From an uncultured archaeon (GTDB lineage Archaea > Asgardarchaeota > Lokiarchaeia > Sigyniarchaeales > SOKP01), in assembly GCA_964486045.1 (NCBI GenBank), contig CAZALK010000002.1, positions 1-64,000 on the forward strand: a DNA stretch of 64,000 nt, given 5' to 3'. The translations under genes were made by a program, and so were the position numbers. Under the pieces are notes generated by a model. The model had not been told where the DNA came from, ran no database searches, and saw nothing but the letters and a program-made list of their open reading frames with translations. Positions 1-9,169 of the stretch are shown here, in pieces (position 1 is the stretch's first letter; each line of letters begins with the position of its first letter).

Positions 1-188
1 ATAGAGCTAAAAGAGGTTTCAAATTCATTTACATACTTAATTCGAAAATAAGCCATATTTTTATGCTCAATTGTATAAAATCCCCACAACCAGATATTTA
101 TATCTCCATATAATGAAAATGCAGGGAAACATAAACCGACCAGAATTACAATAACACCTACCAATGGAAAAATGTACATTTTCTTCAT
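1..188 (-). CDS. Partial membrane protein, runs off the window edge
   Basis: ATG at 188 opens MKKMYIFPLVGVIVILVGLCFPAFSLYGDINIWLWGFY..., with a hydrophobic N-terminus and no stop before base 1. Confidence 0.65.
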   Translation of the reverse strand, partial: MKKMYIFPLVGVIVILVGLCFPAFSLYGDINIWLWGFYTIEHKNMAYFRIKYVNEFETSFSS

Positions 189-501
189 TATAAAACACTA
201 TGATTAGTGTCCATATTTAAAAGAAAAATAGTTGTTGAGTTAAATTTCCTAAATAAAGAGAGATTTTTTTAGTGATAAGTCACCTTTTAAATAATTGCCA
301 ATTTGTAATAAAAAAATCTCATAACCAATCAAGCCTATATGGAATAGGAAATTTTTTTTGGCTCATATTTCAATTGTAATAAATCAATTAACAAGCCTTT
401 AATACTCTCTTTTAAAAGTCATTTATGCCTAAAATTATTAAAACTTAGTTATGCTAAACGCTAAATGAAATGCTTTCATTTTTGATAATTTTCCCTTCGA
501 T

Positions 502-1554
502 TTGCGTGCCTATTGGAATGATTGGATATTTAAAACTTGGAGAAAAAGGTTATCACTTTTAGAGAAAATGAGTCTAATCTTTAATGTTTTTAATAAAAAA
601 AGATATTTTCTACATTTTAATGGTTTAAGGTATAGTTTTAGAAAAGCAGAAATGAAATCAATAGAAGGGGATGTTAATAAAGAATATGAAAAGTATTTCC
701 ATTTAGCCACTGAAATTTTATTTTTCGCAAAAAATGGCTATAGAATACTTGAACAAATGGAAATGCTAAATGATGCAAGTATTCTTCAATTTAGCTATTT
801 GAAACCATCGCTTTGTTTAAAATGTAAGCGTTTTGTTTTTCAATCATCAATAGTAGAGGAATATTTATCACTGCTAATGCCTTTTTTGAACACAATATAT
901 ATACTCCAAGACCGAATAATACCTATAATTGCAAAAGTAAGTAATATTTCTCTTAAGCCAAGAGATAAAGAAAAAAGTGAAACTGAAAAACAATATAAAA
1001 ATTATAAATACAAGTTTAAAAAATCTAAAAATTCATTTTATAATTTTGCTACAGATGAAAAATATCTTTTATCGAGATTATCTCCAGAGATACGAGAAAT
1101 AGTAAAAGGATATTGGAAAAGTAACGGTGAATTGATTCGAAAGTATAGAAATATTGAACAGCATATTTTCAATTTAGTTATTCATTCTTATTTCCAAATA
1201 AAGCCTGAAGAAAAATTACTAATTATTTTACCAGATAACCCAAAAGCCCCACCACAAAATTATAAATACAGAAATAGAGATGCTTATGTTTTTTTTAAAA
1301 AAGCATTTCGAGAATTTAACTTTTTTGTAGAAAAAATAGCAAAGGTGTTAGAATTTGAGGAACTTAAACATACTCTTGAGGTAACAGATTTAAAGAGAAT
1401 AAAGCTTGAAAAAATACCACCTTATTCTACAATATGCGTAGCAATTTCAAATAATAATGGATTTGAAGTATGTAAAGGCTCTGGTTTTCCAACACAGCCA
1501 ACAATTAAAAATATAAAAACAGATAAGAATATACAAGTTATAAAAAAATATTGA
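502..1554 (+). CDS. Hypothetical protein, candidate HEPN-domain RNase
   Basis: 350-aa ORF (true start may be ATG 568); Rx4H motif YRNIEQH in a helical context. Confidence 0.55.
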   Translation: MRAYWNDWIFKTWRKRLSLLEKMSLIFNVFNKKRYFLHFNGLRYSFRKAEMKSIEGDVNKEYEKYFHLATEILFFAKNGYRILEQMEMLNDASILQFSYLKPSLCLKCKRFVFQSSIVEEYLSLLMPFLNTIYILQDRIIPIIAKVSNISLKPRDKEKSETEKQYKNYKYKFKKSKNSFYNFATDEKYLLSRLSPEIREIVKGYWKSNGELIRKYRNIEQHIFNLVIHSYFQIKPEEKLLIILPDNPKAPPQNYKYRNRDAYVFFKKAFREFNFFVEKIAKVLEFEELKHTLEVTDLKRIKLEKIPPYSTICVAISNNNGFEVCKGSGFPTQPTIKNIKTDKNIQVIKKY

Positions 1555-1568
1555 AGGTTAGTTATTCT

Positions 1569-2186
1569 TTATTTAATCTTATTTCCTATTTTTTTGTATA
1601 AGCTTTTAAGCAATTTCAGAATTAATTCAAGAATATAAACCGTATATGATAAAGCACTAAAAAGGTTGAATAAATACATATTTCCTTCAGTTTTCTCTCT
1701 TTTTAAAAGAGAAATAAGTTCTGATTCCCATTTCCCACTTCTATGTATTATATCTCCATACCATAACAAGTCGAAGACTTTCTTAACAGTGTCGATAGAA
1801 TAGTTCTTTTTTTTTCCTATATTAAATTTCATAGGAAATGCTGGACTATTATATAAAAAATTATTAAATACCTCATATATTTCACAAAATTGTTTTTTTT
1901 CCTCTTTATAATCAACAGATAATTTATCTATTATATTATCTTTAATGTATTTAGTAGAGCTAACATTACTTCTCTGTATAAATTTTCTCAAATGTACGGC
2001 AATATGAGACATATCTGCATCAGAGGGATAAAACTCTGTATGAGTTAATGACTTTCCCTTTTCAGCTATAAATCTAAATTCTGTTGTATTTTTTGCTTGT
2101 TTATACATATCTGTATTTTTAATTCTGTTAAGGTCTTGTTCAAATCCTTTTAATATGGCATTAAATTCCATAATTAAAGTTAACAA
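1569..2186 (-). CDS. Hypothetical protein, possibly HEPN/Abi-like
   Basis: 205-aa ORF, likely start ATG 2171; HLRKF...WYGDIIH motifs; family assignment weak. Confidence 0.5.
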   Translation of the reverse strand: MLTLIMEFNAILKGFEQDLNRIKNTDMYKQAKNTTEFRFIAEKGKSLTHTEFYPSDADMSHIAVHLRKFIQRSNVSSTKYIKDNIIDKLSVDYKEEKKQFCEIYEVFNNFLYNSPAFPMKFNIGKKKNYSIDTVKKVFDLLWYGDIIHRSGKWESELISLLKREKTEGNMYLFNLFSALSYTVYILELILKLLKSLYKKIGNKIK

Positions 2187-2218
2187 AACGAGCTTTATAA
2201 ATATTTTTGCCTCAAAGA

Positions 2219-3265
2219 TTATAGATTTAATAATAGATTTAGCGTTAGTTCAAAGTCAGCATAGAAATTTTTTATTGAAATTTCATCCAATGGACTCCCT
2301 TCCTTGACCAACTTTGAGATATGTATATAATTTCTCCAATCCCTTAAGACATTTTGCACTCTTTTCCATGTTGCTTTATATTGTGAATTGAAAATACCAT
2401 CTGAACTTGATAATGGATTTTCAAGAATTATACTCAATTTTTTACTAAATTTATAGAATAACTTCCCATCTTTATCAAAAAACTCTTCTAGTTTCTTATT
2501 TTCAATATAATGAACAATACAATATTCTATTATTGCTCCCATATTAATAGCAACATCAATCCAGCGTTCTTTAGAAAGCCAAAAACTTAAATCGTCATAA
2601 AGTTGAGTAACACGATTTCTCCCGTAATTATTTCCAATGTTTTGAAATTTCTCAATAAGAAAGACTTCCTTCAAGAAATTATTTCCATTTCCATTTAAAG
2701 AAAAAGAGTTTGGATTAAAAAACGATAATTTCTCATTACTTATACCAACACCATTAAATCCCATAATAAACTTACTTAAAAATCGAGTATATTTTAAAAG
2801 ATTCCAATTCAAACCATTTAAATCGTAGTTATAATCGTTCTTTAGTATCTCTTCAATATCAGATAATGATATTTCCACCTTTTCAACCCTTGAATCACTT
2901 TGAACAACATATTTCCTTAAATCATACTTATTATTTCCTAAATCTCTAAAAAAGGATAAAATTTTTGATACTAAGATAGTATATTTCCTTTCATCACTAG
3001 TGAGAATATGATTTTTTTCATAATAAACAAGTCCTTCCCCTGTTATTTCAAGAATAGGGGGATTTCCAGAGTTTACATTTTTCCCATAAAGAAGACCGTC
3101 TTGAATTAACTGTTCTCTAGCTATTTTAAAATTTGTTGTATCATTTACATTACTGAATACAACAAAAATATCTGCGTTGGTGATTTTATTAAGCGGATTG
3201 CTCATAAAACCATTGTAAAGTTTTTCCAAGATGAGTTTTTGATAAGATTCTACAGTATCCTTCAT
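2219..3265 (-). CDS. Hypothetical protein with N-terminal wHTH-like region and C-terminal HEPN-like domain
   Basis: 348 aa; 'LEITGEGLVYYE' wing motif; C-terminal 'MGAIIEY...LRDWRNYIH' HEPN-type signature. Confidence 0.6.
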   Translation of the reverse strand: MKDTVESYQKLILEKLYNGFMSNPLNKITNADIFVVFSNVNDTTNFKIAREQLIQDGLLYGKNVNSGNPPILEITGEGLVYYEKNHILTSDERKYTILVSKILSFFRDLGNNKYDLRKYVVQSDSRVEKVEISLSDIEEILKNDYNYDLNGLNWNLLKYTRFLSKFIMGFNGVGISNEKLSFFNPNSFSLNGNGNNFLKEVFLIEKFQNIGNNYGRNRVTQLYDDLSFWLSKERWIDVAINMGAIIEYCIVHYIENKKLEEFFDKDGKLFYKFSKKLSIILENPLSSSDGIFNSQYKATWKRVQNVLRDWRNYIHISKLVKEGSPLDEISIKNFYADFELTLNLLLNL

Positions 3266-3538
3266 AATTATATTATTTTTCTGTCTATAATGATACTTAT
3301 AGGCTTATTCTATTTGAATAATCATATTAAGGGATAGGTTATTAATCCGAGAATAAATGGAGTAAATAAATTATAAACTTTCTTTAAATGAACCTACAGC
3401 TCTTAAGCTATTAGTTTGAGAAAATTTTGCTTTTTAAAAAGTGTCTTTGAATAAACCCAATTTCACGAAATTGTTAAATATTAAATGTGAATCTAATCCA
3501 TACTATTAAAAATTATTTTTGTAAAATTCAAAAAAGTC

Positions 3539-3790
3539 TTGATGTCTATGAGTGAAAAAGAAATAGCGTGGGATTTAACAGAAATATTTACCGGATGTGA
3601 TGATCCTAACATTTCAAAAACTATGGATTCCTTAATGGAAAAAGCGGATGAAATAATTAACCAATTTAAGGGTAAAATCAATGAACCAAACTTTACAGAG
3701 TCTGATTTCAATGAAAATTCCTTTGAAAAAATAGATAAAAAAATCTTGAAAAAAATAACTCCCCAGTGCAACAAAAGTGATAATTTGTAG
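3539..3790 (+). pseudogene. 5' fragment of oligoendopeptidase F (M3B family)
   Basis: N-terminal 'EIAWDLTEIF...DDP' motif typical of PepF; ORF stops after 83 aa and has no HExxH. Confidence 0.6.
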
Positions 3791-3854
3791 GAGAAAGGGA
3801 AAAGATTTTTCTTTCCTTTTCTAATAACGGGTTATTATCGGTATTTATATTTTT

Positions 3855-4184
3855 ATGGGCATATTCTTTGATATGCGAAGGATTTTTGAAATTGGTATTA
3901 AACTGCACAAGTGTTGTTTAGAGATTCCAGAATTGACATTTGTATATGAAATATTATTCGATGGATATAAATTCACTGGGAGTAATATGGAGTTATTAGA
4001 TGATGATAACAATGAAGGTGCCAGTTTTCTGGTTCAAGGAAAAATTCCATTATCATATTATAACAAGATTCGAAATGAAATGATGAAACAAGGTAATTGG
4101 GCTGATATAACAGAGGAAGTTCATGAATCTCGACCAGAAAAGCATTTTTTAATTGATATAGATGAAGATGTGGATGACTTATAA
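3855..4184 (+). CDS. Hypothetical acidic protein
   Basis: 109-aa ORF with protein-like composition. Confidence 0.5.
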   Translation: MGIFFDMRRIFEIGIKLHKCCLEIPELTFVYEILFDGYKFTGSNMELLDDDNNEGASFLVQGKIPLSYYNKIRNEMMKQGNWADITEEVHESRPEKHFLIDIDEDVDDL

Positions 4185-4339
4185 GTCTATAAATCAAACG
4201 CAAACAAAAGGCAGAAACCCTTTCTATCTTGTTACATTTCTTTCAGCATTTTATTATTTTGAATATTTGTTCTTGGTCCTCATATTCCTATAAATCCAAA
4301 AATTAGTATATTTAACAAGTAAATCAAGATGTAGAAACT

Positions 4340-5395
4340 ATGAAATTACCTAAAGAACTCCAGAAGAAAAAGAAAAAAAATATCATAAAACCCAAGATTC
4401 CTCTGAAAAAGAGAATTGAATGGAGTAAACAAATCTCGAAAATGAATGAAAAGTGTAGATTTAAAGGATGTCTATTCCCCGATAAAAGTTCTTGTTCATC
4501 TCAAAAACCTGTTAAAGCTCATTCAATACAGAAGAGTACGATACTTAAATCAATATCAGACTCAGGAAAAGTTTTGTCATTTGATGTTCGAAATTCGTTT
4601 TTTAATCGTGATTTTGAAGAATTTGGAGTTGGTGAAGCATCAACTTTCTTTGGGTTTTGTGGTTATCACGATTCTGTAGTATTTTCAGATATAGAAAATA
4701 AAACATATAGTAATGAAAAAAAGCAGAACTTTCTATTTGCCTATAGAGCATGCGCTTTTGAATATGCGGAGTGTAAATATGCTGAATGCCATTCAAAAGA
4801 AATGAAAAAGCTAACGAATAAAGATGATGCAAAGGAATTTTACGAATCAAAAAATCTGAAAGATATAACTGATCTCAAAGACATTGAAATACAATTAGAT
4901 AAATTTTCTACAGAACTTAAAAAACCTGAAAATAAAAGAAATTATGATGTAATTTTTTCAAGACACTATGAGCTGAATAAAAAGGTATTAATCGCCGTGA
5001 ATTCCGTTTTTTCTCTATATTATGACTTTAATGGCAATCCGATTTACGATCCTTATGATTATTCAATTGAACTTCCATCACTCTTCTTAAATGTATTTCC
5101 ACAAGAGGATAAAACTCATATTATTCTATCTTGTTTTTCTAAGGATAAAAAAAAGTATGATACAGTATTTAACACACTTGATTCTCTAACTGATTTAAGG
5201 ATTGAGGAAGTGATATCTCAAATAATCGTAGTTCATTGTGGAAATTTATTTATTTCCCCCTCTAAGTGGTTAAGAATTTCGAATGCGAAACGGAAAGTGT
5301 TTGTTTCAAGATTTATCAATACAATGGGACCGATACCGGAGAAATCTTATTTAACCAATAAATCCCCTCTGAATATATTCACAGTTCTAAACTAA
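4340..5395 (+). CDS. HNH-like/Zn-binding putative nuclease (family often fused to SEC-C motifs)
   Basis: C..C-x-AHSIQ and ASTFxGFCxxHDxxxFxxIE motifs. Confidence 0.6.
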   Translation: MKLPKELQKKKKKNIIKPKIPLKKRIEWSKQISKMNEKCRFKGCLFPDKSSCSSQKPVKAHSIQKSTILKSISDSGKVLSFDVRNSFFNRDFEEFGVGEASTFFGFCGYHDSVVFSDIENKTYSNEKKQNFLFAYRACAFEYAECKYAECHSKEMKKLTNKDDAKEFYESKNLKDITDLKDIEIQLDKFSTELKKPENKRNYDVIFSRHYELNKKVLIAVNSVFSLYYDFNGNPIYDPYDYSIELPSLFLNVFPQEDKTHIILSCFSKDKKKYDTVFNTLDSLTDLRIEEVISQIIVVHCGNLFISPSKWLRISNAKRKVFVSRFINTMGPIPEKSYLTNKSPLNIFTVLN

Positions 5396-5585
5396 TGATC
5401 ATAAATAAGAGAGATCAAAGCATCATATTCAATCATTATATTCATCGATGTCTTTCTTTAGATAACTTTAATTTTGAAATTGTTATATTTTAGTGTTTCC
5501 TATTTAATAATAAAGTAAAGTCTATGTAATAGACAGGACGTCTTTTGTCTTAAAAAAATAAATATTTGATATTTGGTTTTATTTA

Positions 5586-5870
5586 ATGAAATTACACGAA
5601 TCGGATTTAAATAAAATTAAAGAAAATGATCAAGATTTAACAGAACTCCTTAGTATTGAATTTGACGTATCAAGTAAACTTAAAGATATCCTCAAAAAAA
5701 TCAGAACTTCTGGAGAATCTGATTATCGACTTATTTCTTACCTATTCCTTCTTGATAATTTATCAAAAGAATTTAGAATAAATTGGATGTACATTGGAAA
5801 TCAAATAGTTCGAAGTATAGACAGATTGGAGAAATCTCATCAAATTCTAACGGGAAGTAGATTTATTTAA
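5586..5870 (+). CDS. Hypothetical helical protein
   Basis: 94-aa ORF with ATG start and amphipathic helices. Confidence 0.5.
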   Translation: MKLHESDLNKIKENDQDLTELLSIEFDVSSKLKDILKKIRTSGESDYRLISYLFLLDNLSKEFRINWMYIGNQIVRSIDRLEKSHQILTGSRFI

Positions 5871-6054
5871 TAGAGAACTCTACGTTAGATTTATTAGATA
5901 TATTTCTCATAATAAAAGTTTGTTGTCGAATTTTGTTATATATACGAAAGATAATTCAAAAGTTTGAGTAAACTTTTTGAGGATTATAAAAATATAATTT
6001 CTTTATATATAGACAAGAATTAATTAATATAACTGAAATTTAGGTACTTATTAT

Positions 6055-6912
6055 TTGAAAGACAAAAAAAAAAGATTTTCTTACGATTCCACTTCCTTTA
6101 TAAATCATCTTTACAAGAAAAGCAGTAAGAGAAATAAGAACAATCATTTCATTAAGTTGGAATCTGGATATGATGTATTTTTACCTGAAAATGTTTATTG
6201 CTCTTTGGTGAGTACAACATTAAGCGTTGTGAATAAGACACTTTCTCTATCAAAGTGTGGATTTGTCATGGGTTTAATTGGTGGCTGCACAAAAGGAAAA
6301 AACACTTTTGTAACTGAAATGAGAACCTTCATTGTATCTGGACCAGAAAATAACTACGAGGGAGGATCTAGTGATAATTCTTCAAATACTTTTAAATTTA
6401 AAGACGAAGATTATGAGAAACTTTATATTTGGAATGAGGAATTATATAAAAAAAAGAATTTTATTGTAGGGTGGTTTAAAGGACTTAATTCTGAATATAC
6501 CCCACATGGAGTTGATTTTAAAACACTCCATAGCTATCATATACAAAATCCATTAGCCTTTATGATAATTTGCAATCCACTTAAACTGTCAGTATTGGAT
6601 CCTGGGATTTTATTAATAAGATTGGCTGATATTGAGGAGACTGATGGAAGTGGAGAATATCCTTTCGAATATTTAAGCTTTAAAATTGAACTTAGATCTG
6701 AATTTCAAGAGAAACCATTTAACCTGATCTTTCAAGAAAAATTTCCGAAATACTTTGGAAAAAAATTTGAGATTAACGAGTTCATCACTTTAAAATTAGA
6801 ATATGGAAAAACTAATATCTATGTGAAAAGTCAGCTATTTAACCAATGTAAATTTCTACTGTTGAACATTCCAATAGAAAAAGTTATATTTTTGAAAAAG
6901 AAATCAATGTAA
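6055..6912 (+). CDS. Inactive JAB/MPN-like domain fused to a Loki-type LRR-protein N-terminal domain; probably truncated
   Basis: VMGLIGG...IVGWFKG...PxGVD...Q.NP.A...I.NP MPN pattern lacking the HxH metal ligands; C-terminal 'FEINEFITLKLEYGKTNIYV...FNQCKFLLLNIP'. Confidence 0.6.
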   Translation: MKDKKKRFSYDSTSFINHLYKKSSKRNKNNHFIKLESGYDVFLPENVYCSLVSTTLSVVNKTLSLSKCGFVMGLIGGCTKGKNTFVTEMRTFIVSGPENNYEGGSSDNSSNTFKFKDEDYEKLYIWNEELYKKKNFIVGWFKGLNSEYTPHGVDFKTLHSYHIQNPLAFMIICNPLKLSVLDPGILLIRLADIEETDGSGEYPFEYLSFKIELRSEFQEKPFNLIFQEKFPKYFGKKFEINEFITLKLEYGKTNIYVKSQLFNQCKFLLLNIPIEKVIFLKKKSM

Positions 6913-6960
6913 TTAAGGATTGTTATTTTGATAGGAGCTATCGAAAAATTGATAAAAGAA

Positions 6961-7602
6961 TTAGATAGAATTGTAATATTCTTTAAAATACTGAATCAAT
7001 AAAATACCTTCTACCCCCTTATTAGTTAAGGTATATACAGTAGGTCTTTTAGTTTTATCAATCTCTACATATTGTTTCATTACAACTCTATTCCTTTTGA
7101 AAAATCTACTAATTACTCCATAAACTAATATCGATAATTCATTAGCTAAAGCTTTGTTGGTAACTAAACATCCTGATTTTGAAATTCTGTTAATTGCAGT
7201 CAAATATTTTTCAAAACTATCACTTATTCTCATTGATTGTTTTAAAGGATCTTTGATTTCTGAACTTTTATAGATTGGAATAAATTTTTGAAGTACACGA
7301 TTGCGATCCTCTAAAACCTTTTTGATCATATTTTTATCTTCATAGATTTGATCTAATAAATGAATATGCTTGTCATAATGAATGACTCCATGACAATTTG
7401 CACAAGTAAAATCCCCCCCTCCCTCTTGTTCAACTAGGATTTGAACAATTTCAGAGCATGTAAGATATTTAGATAATTTGGTAAAAGTCACTGTCTTCTT
7501 ATCTTTATATACATGATTGAAATGAAATGCATTTAAATATTTTCTTGTGCTAAACTCTCCACAGGTATGACAATAATCTCCATAAAAATGAGATAAAAAC
7601 AA
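6961..7602 (-). CDS. HNH-type Zn-finger endonuclease-like protein with C-terminal wHTH; likely 5'-truncated
   Basis: CxxC...FHFNH...CANCHxxIH; C-terminal 'YTLTNKG' wing. Confidence 0.6.
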   Translation of the reverse strand: MFLSHFYGDYCHTCGEFSTRKYLNAFHFNHVYKDKKTVTFTKLSKYLTCSEIVQILVEQEGGGDFTCANCHGVIHYDKHIHLLDQIYEDKNMIKKVLEDRNRVLQKFIPIYKSSEIKDPLKQSMRISDSFEKYLTAINRISKSGCLVTNKALANELSILVYGVISRFFKRNRVVMKQYVEIDKTKRPTVYTLTNKGVEGILLIQYFKEYYNSI

Positions 7603-7809
7603 AGTATTCTATATCAATATTGTGCAGATGCATAATTTTATTGTACTTAAAAATTATTTTTGATTATTAATCTCAATGAAAAATATATTCAAAATTGTCT
7701 AATTGACAGGGATTGCTGCCAATCGTAATATGATTTTGGTTTCTCCATCAGGAAAAACAAAATTAGCCTATTAATTAAATTTATTAATAATTCAGAGGTA
7801 TATAAGTAA

Positions 7810-8850
7810 ATGAAAAAATTTAATTTAAGAAAGATTGTTTTGACTGGGTTATTTAGTATGGTTTTATTATCAGGATTTTTGACTCCTGGGGTTACAGCTC
7901 AAGTATGGACGTACAATGGCGCAGATACAGAAAAGATTCCAAATCATTCAGTCTATCCATCTGAATGGTATATCTACAACACGACGGGGGTGGTTGATAA
8001 ATTTTATATTATAGAAATATCCCATGGCAATGTATCAGATCCCGGTTTAGGAGACAGTAACTGTGTATGGGGAAACCTTTTTTATCAAGATGTAAACACA
8101 GGTGAATTACAATTTATAGACTCTGAACTCTTTAGTTCTTGGAATAATTCAATTGGGTATCATGGCAATGGTTTTATGGCTCCTGTTGGGAATGATGGTA
8201 AGATTTCACAGCAGATTCTTGACGATGTTAAAGATTTTGTTGGATCTGAGATGACTCCTGGTTCCTTTGAATACAATCAATCATATCTTAGCACTTACTC
8301 TTTTACTTATTGGAACGAAACTAGTGACGATTCTTATTTACACTACAATTTTACATCTGACGGCATCATTACTAAAATAACATGGTACTATACATCTAAT
8401 CTATTCATCCCCAACTCGACACTGGTATCAAGACCAGTTCAATTGCCACCAGTATTCAGCTTTAACACCGTAGACGGTAATTTAGATATTAACTCAGCTG
8501 ATATTAAATTCAACGTCAGTATTATCGAAGTTGATAACAATAATGATGGAACCACAGATACCGACTATCAATATCGCATACTCATCGGCTCAACATGGAC
8601 AAACTGGACCACGCTCACTGGGCTTATCGACTACGATTTAAGAGGGATTCCTTCGGGGGTCCATCAAATTACTCTAGAAGTTAAAAATATGTACGGAACA
8701 ACTCAAGAACAGATCACAATCCAATATACCCCACCCCCCACCACTGAAGGCATCCCGGGTTATTCTACTATGCTTATTACCGGATTCTTAGCCCTTAGCG
8801 CCTCGATCATAATGGTTTGTTACTATAAGAAATCCAGATACCGAAAGTAA
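7810..8850 (+). CDS. Secreted surface protein with IPGY (Loki-CTERM-like) sorting tail
   Basis: Signal peptide, N-glycosylation sequons, then IPGYS + TM helix + basic tail. Confidence 0.8.
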   Translation: MKKFNLRKIVLTGLFSMVLLSGFLTPGVTAQVWTYNGADTEKIPNHSVYPSEWYIYNTTGVVDKFYIIEISHGNVSDPGLGDSNCVWGNLFYQDVNTGELQFIDSELFSSWNNSIGYHGNGFMAPVGNDGKISQQILDDVKDFVGSEMTPGSFEYNQSYLSTYSFTYWNETSDDSYLHYNFTSDGIITKITWYYTSNLFIPNSTLVSRPVQLPPVFSFNTVDGNLDINSADIKFNVSIIEVDNNNDGTTDTDYQYRILIGSTWTNWTTLTGLIDYDLRGIPSGVHQITLEVKNMYGTTQEQITIQYTPPPTTEGIPGYSTMLITGFLALSASIIMVCYYKKSRYRK

Positions 8851-9169
8851 TCGAAGATAATCCAGGTAGATTCAGTCTTTATTCAATTTTAGAGAGTCCC
8901 CATGCAATAGGGTAGTGAAGTGGTGTTACTGGTATTAATCATCACCTTAAACAATTATAAATTAATTAAACTAAGTGTAAATAGTTATTTAAGTTAATTC
9001 CATTTAATTGCTATTTGTTTATAAGATACCAGCTGCCTATGATAATCAGAACTTATCCAATTCCTTTTAAGTAAATTTCTTTATTAAATAGTGTTCATTA
9101 AAATATTAAGACAAAAATTTAACAAAAAACAAAATTCAATCTAAATAAGTACCAAAAGAAGAAAAAGAA

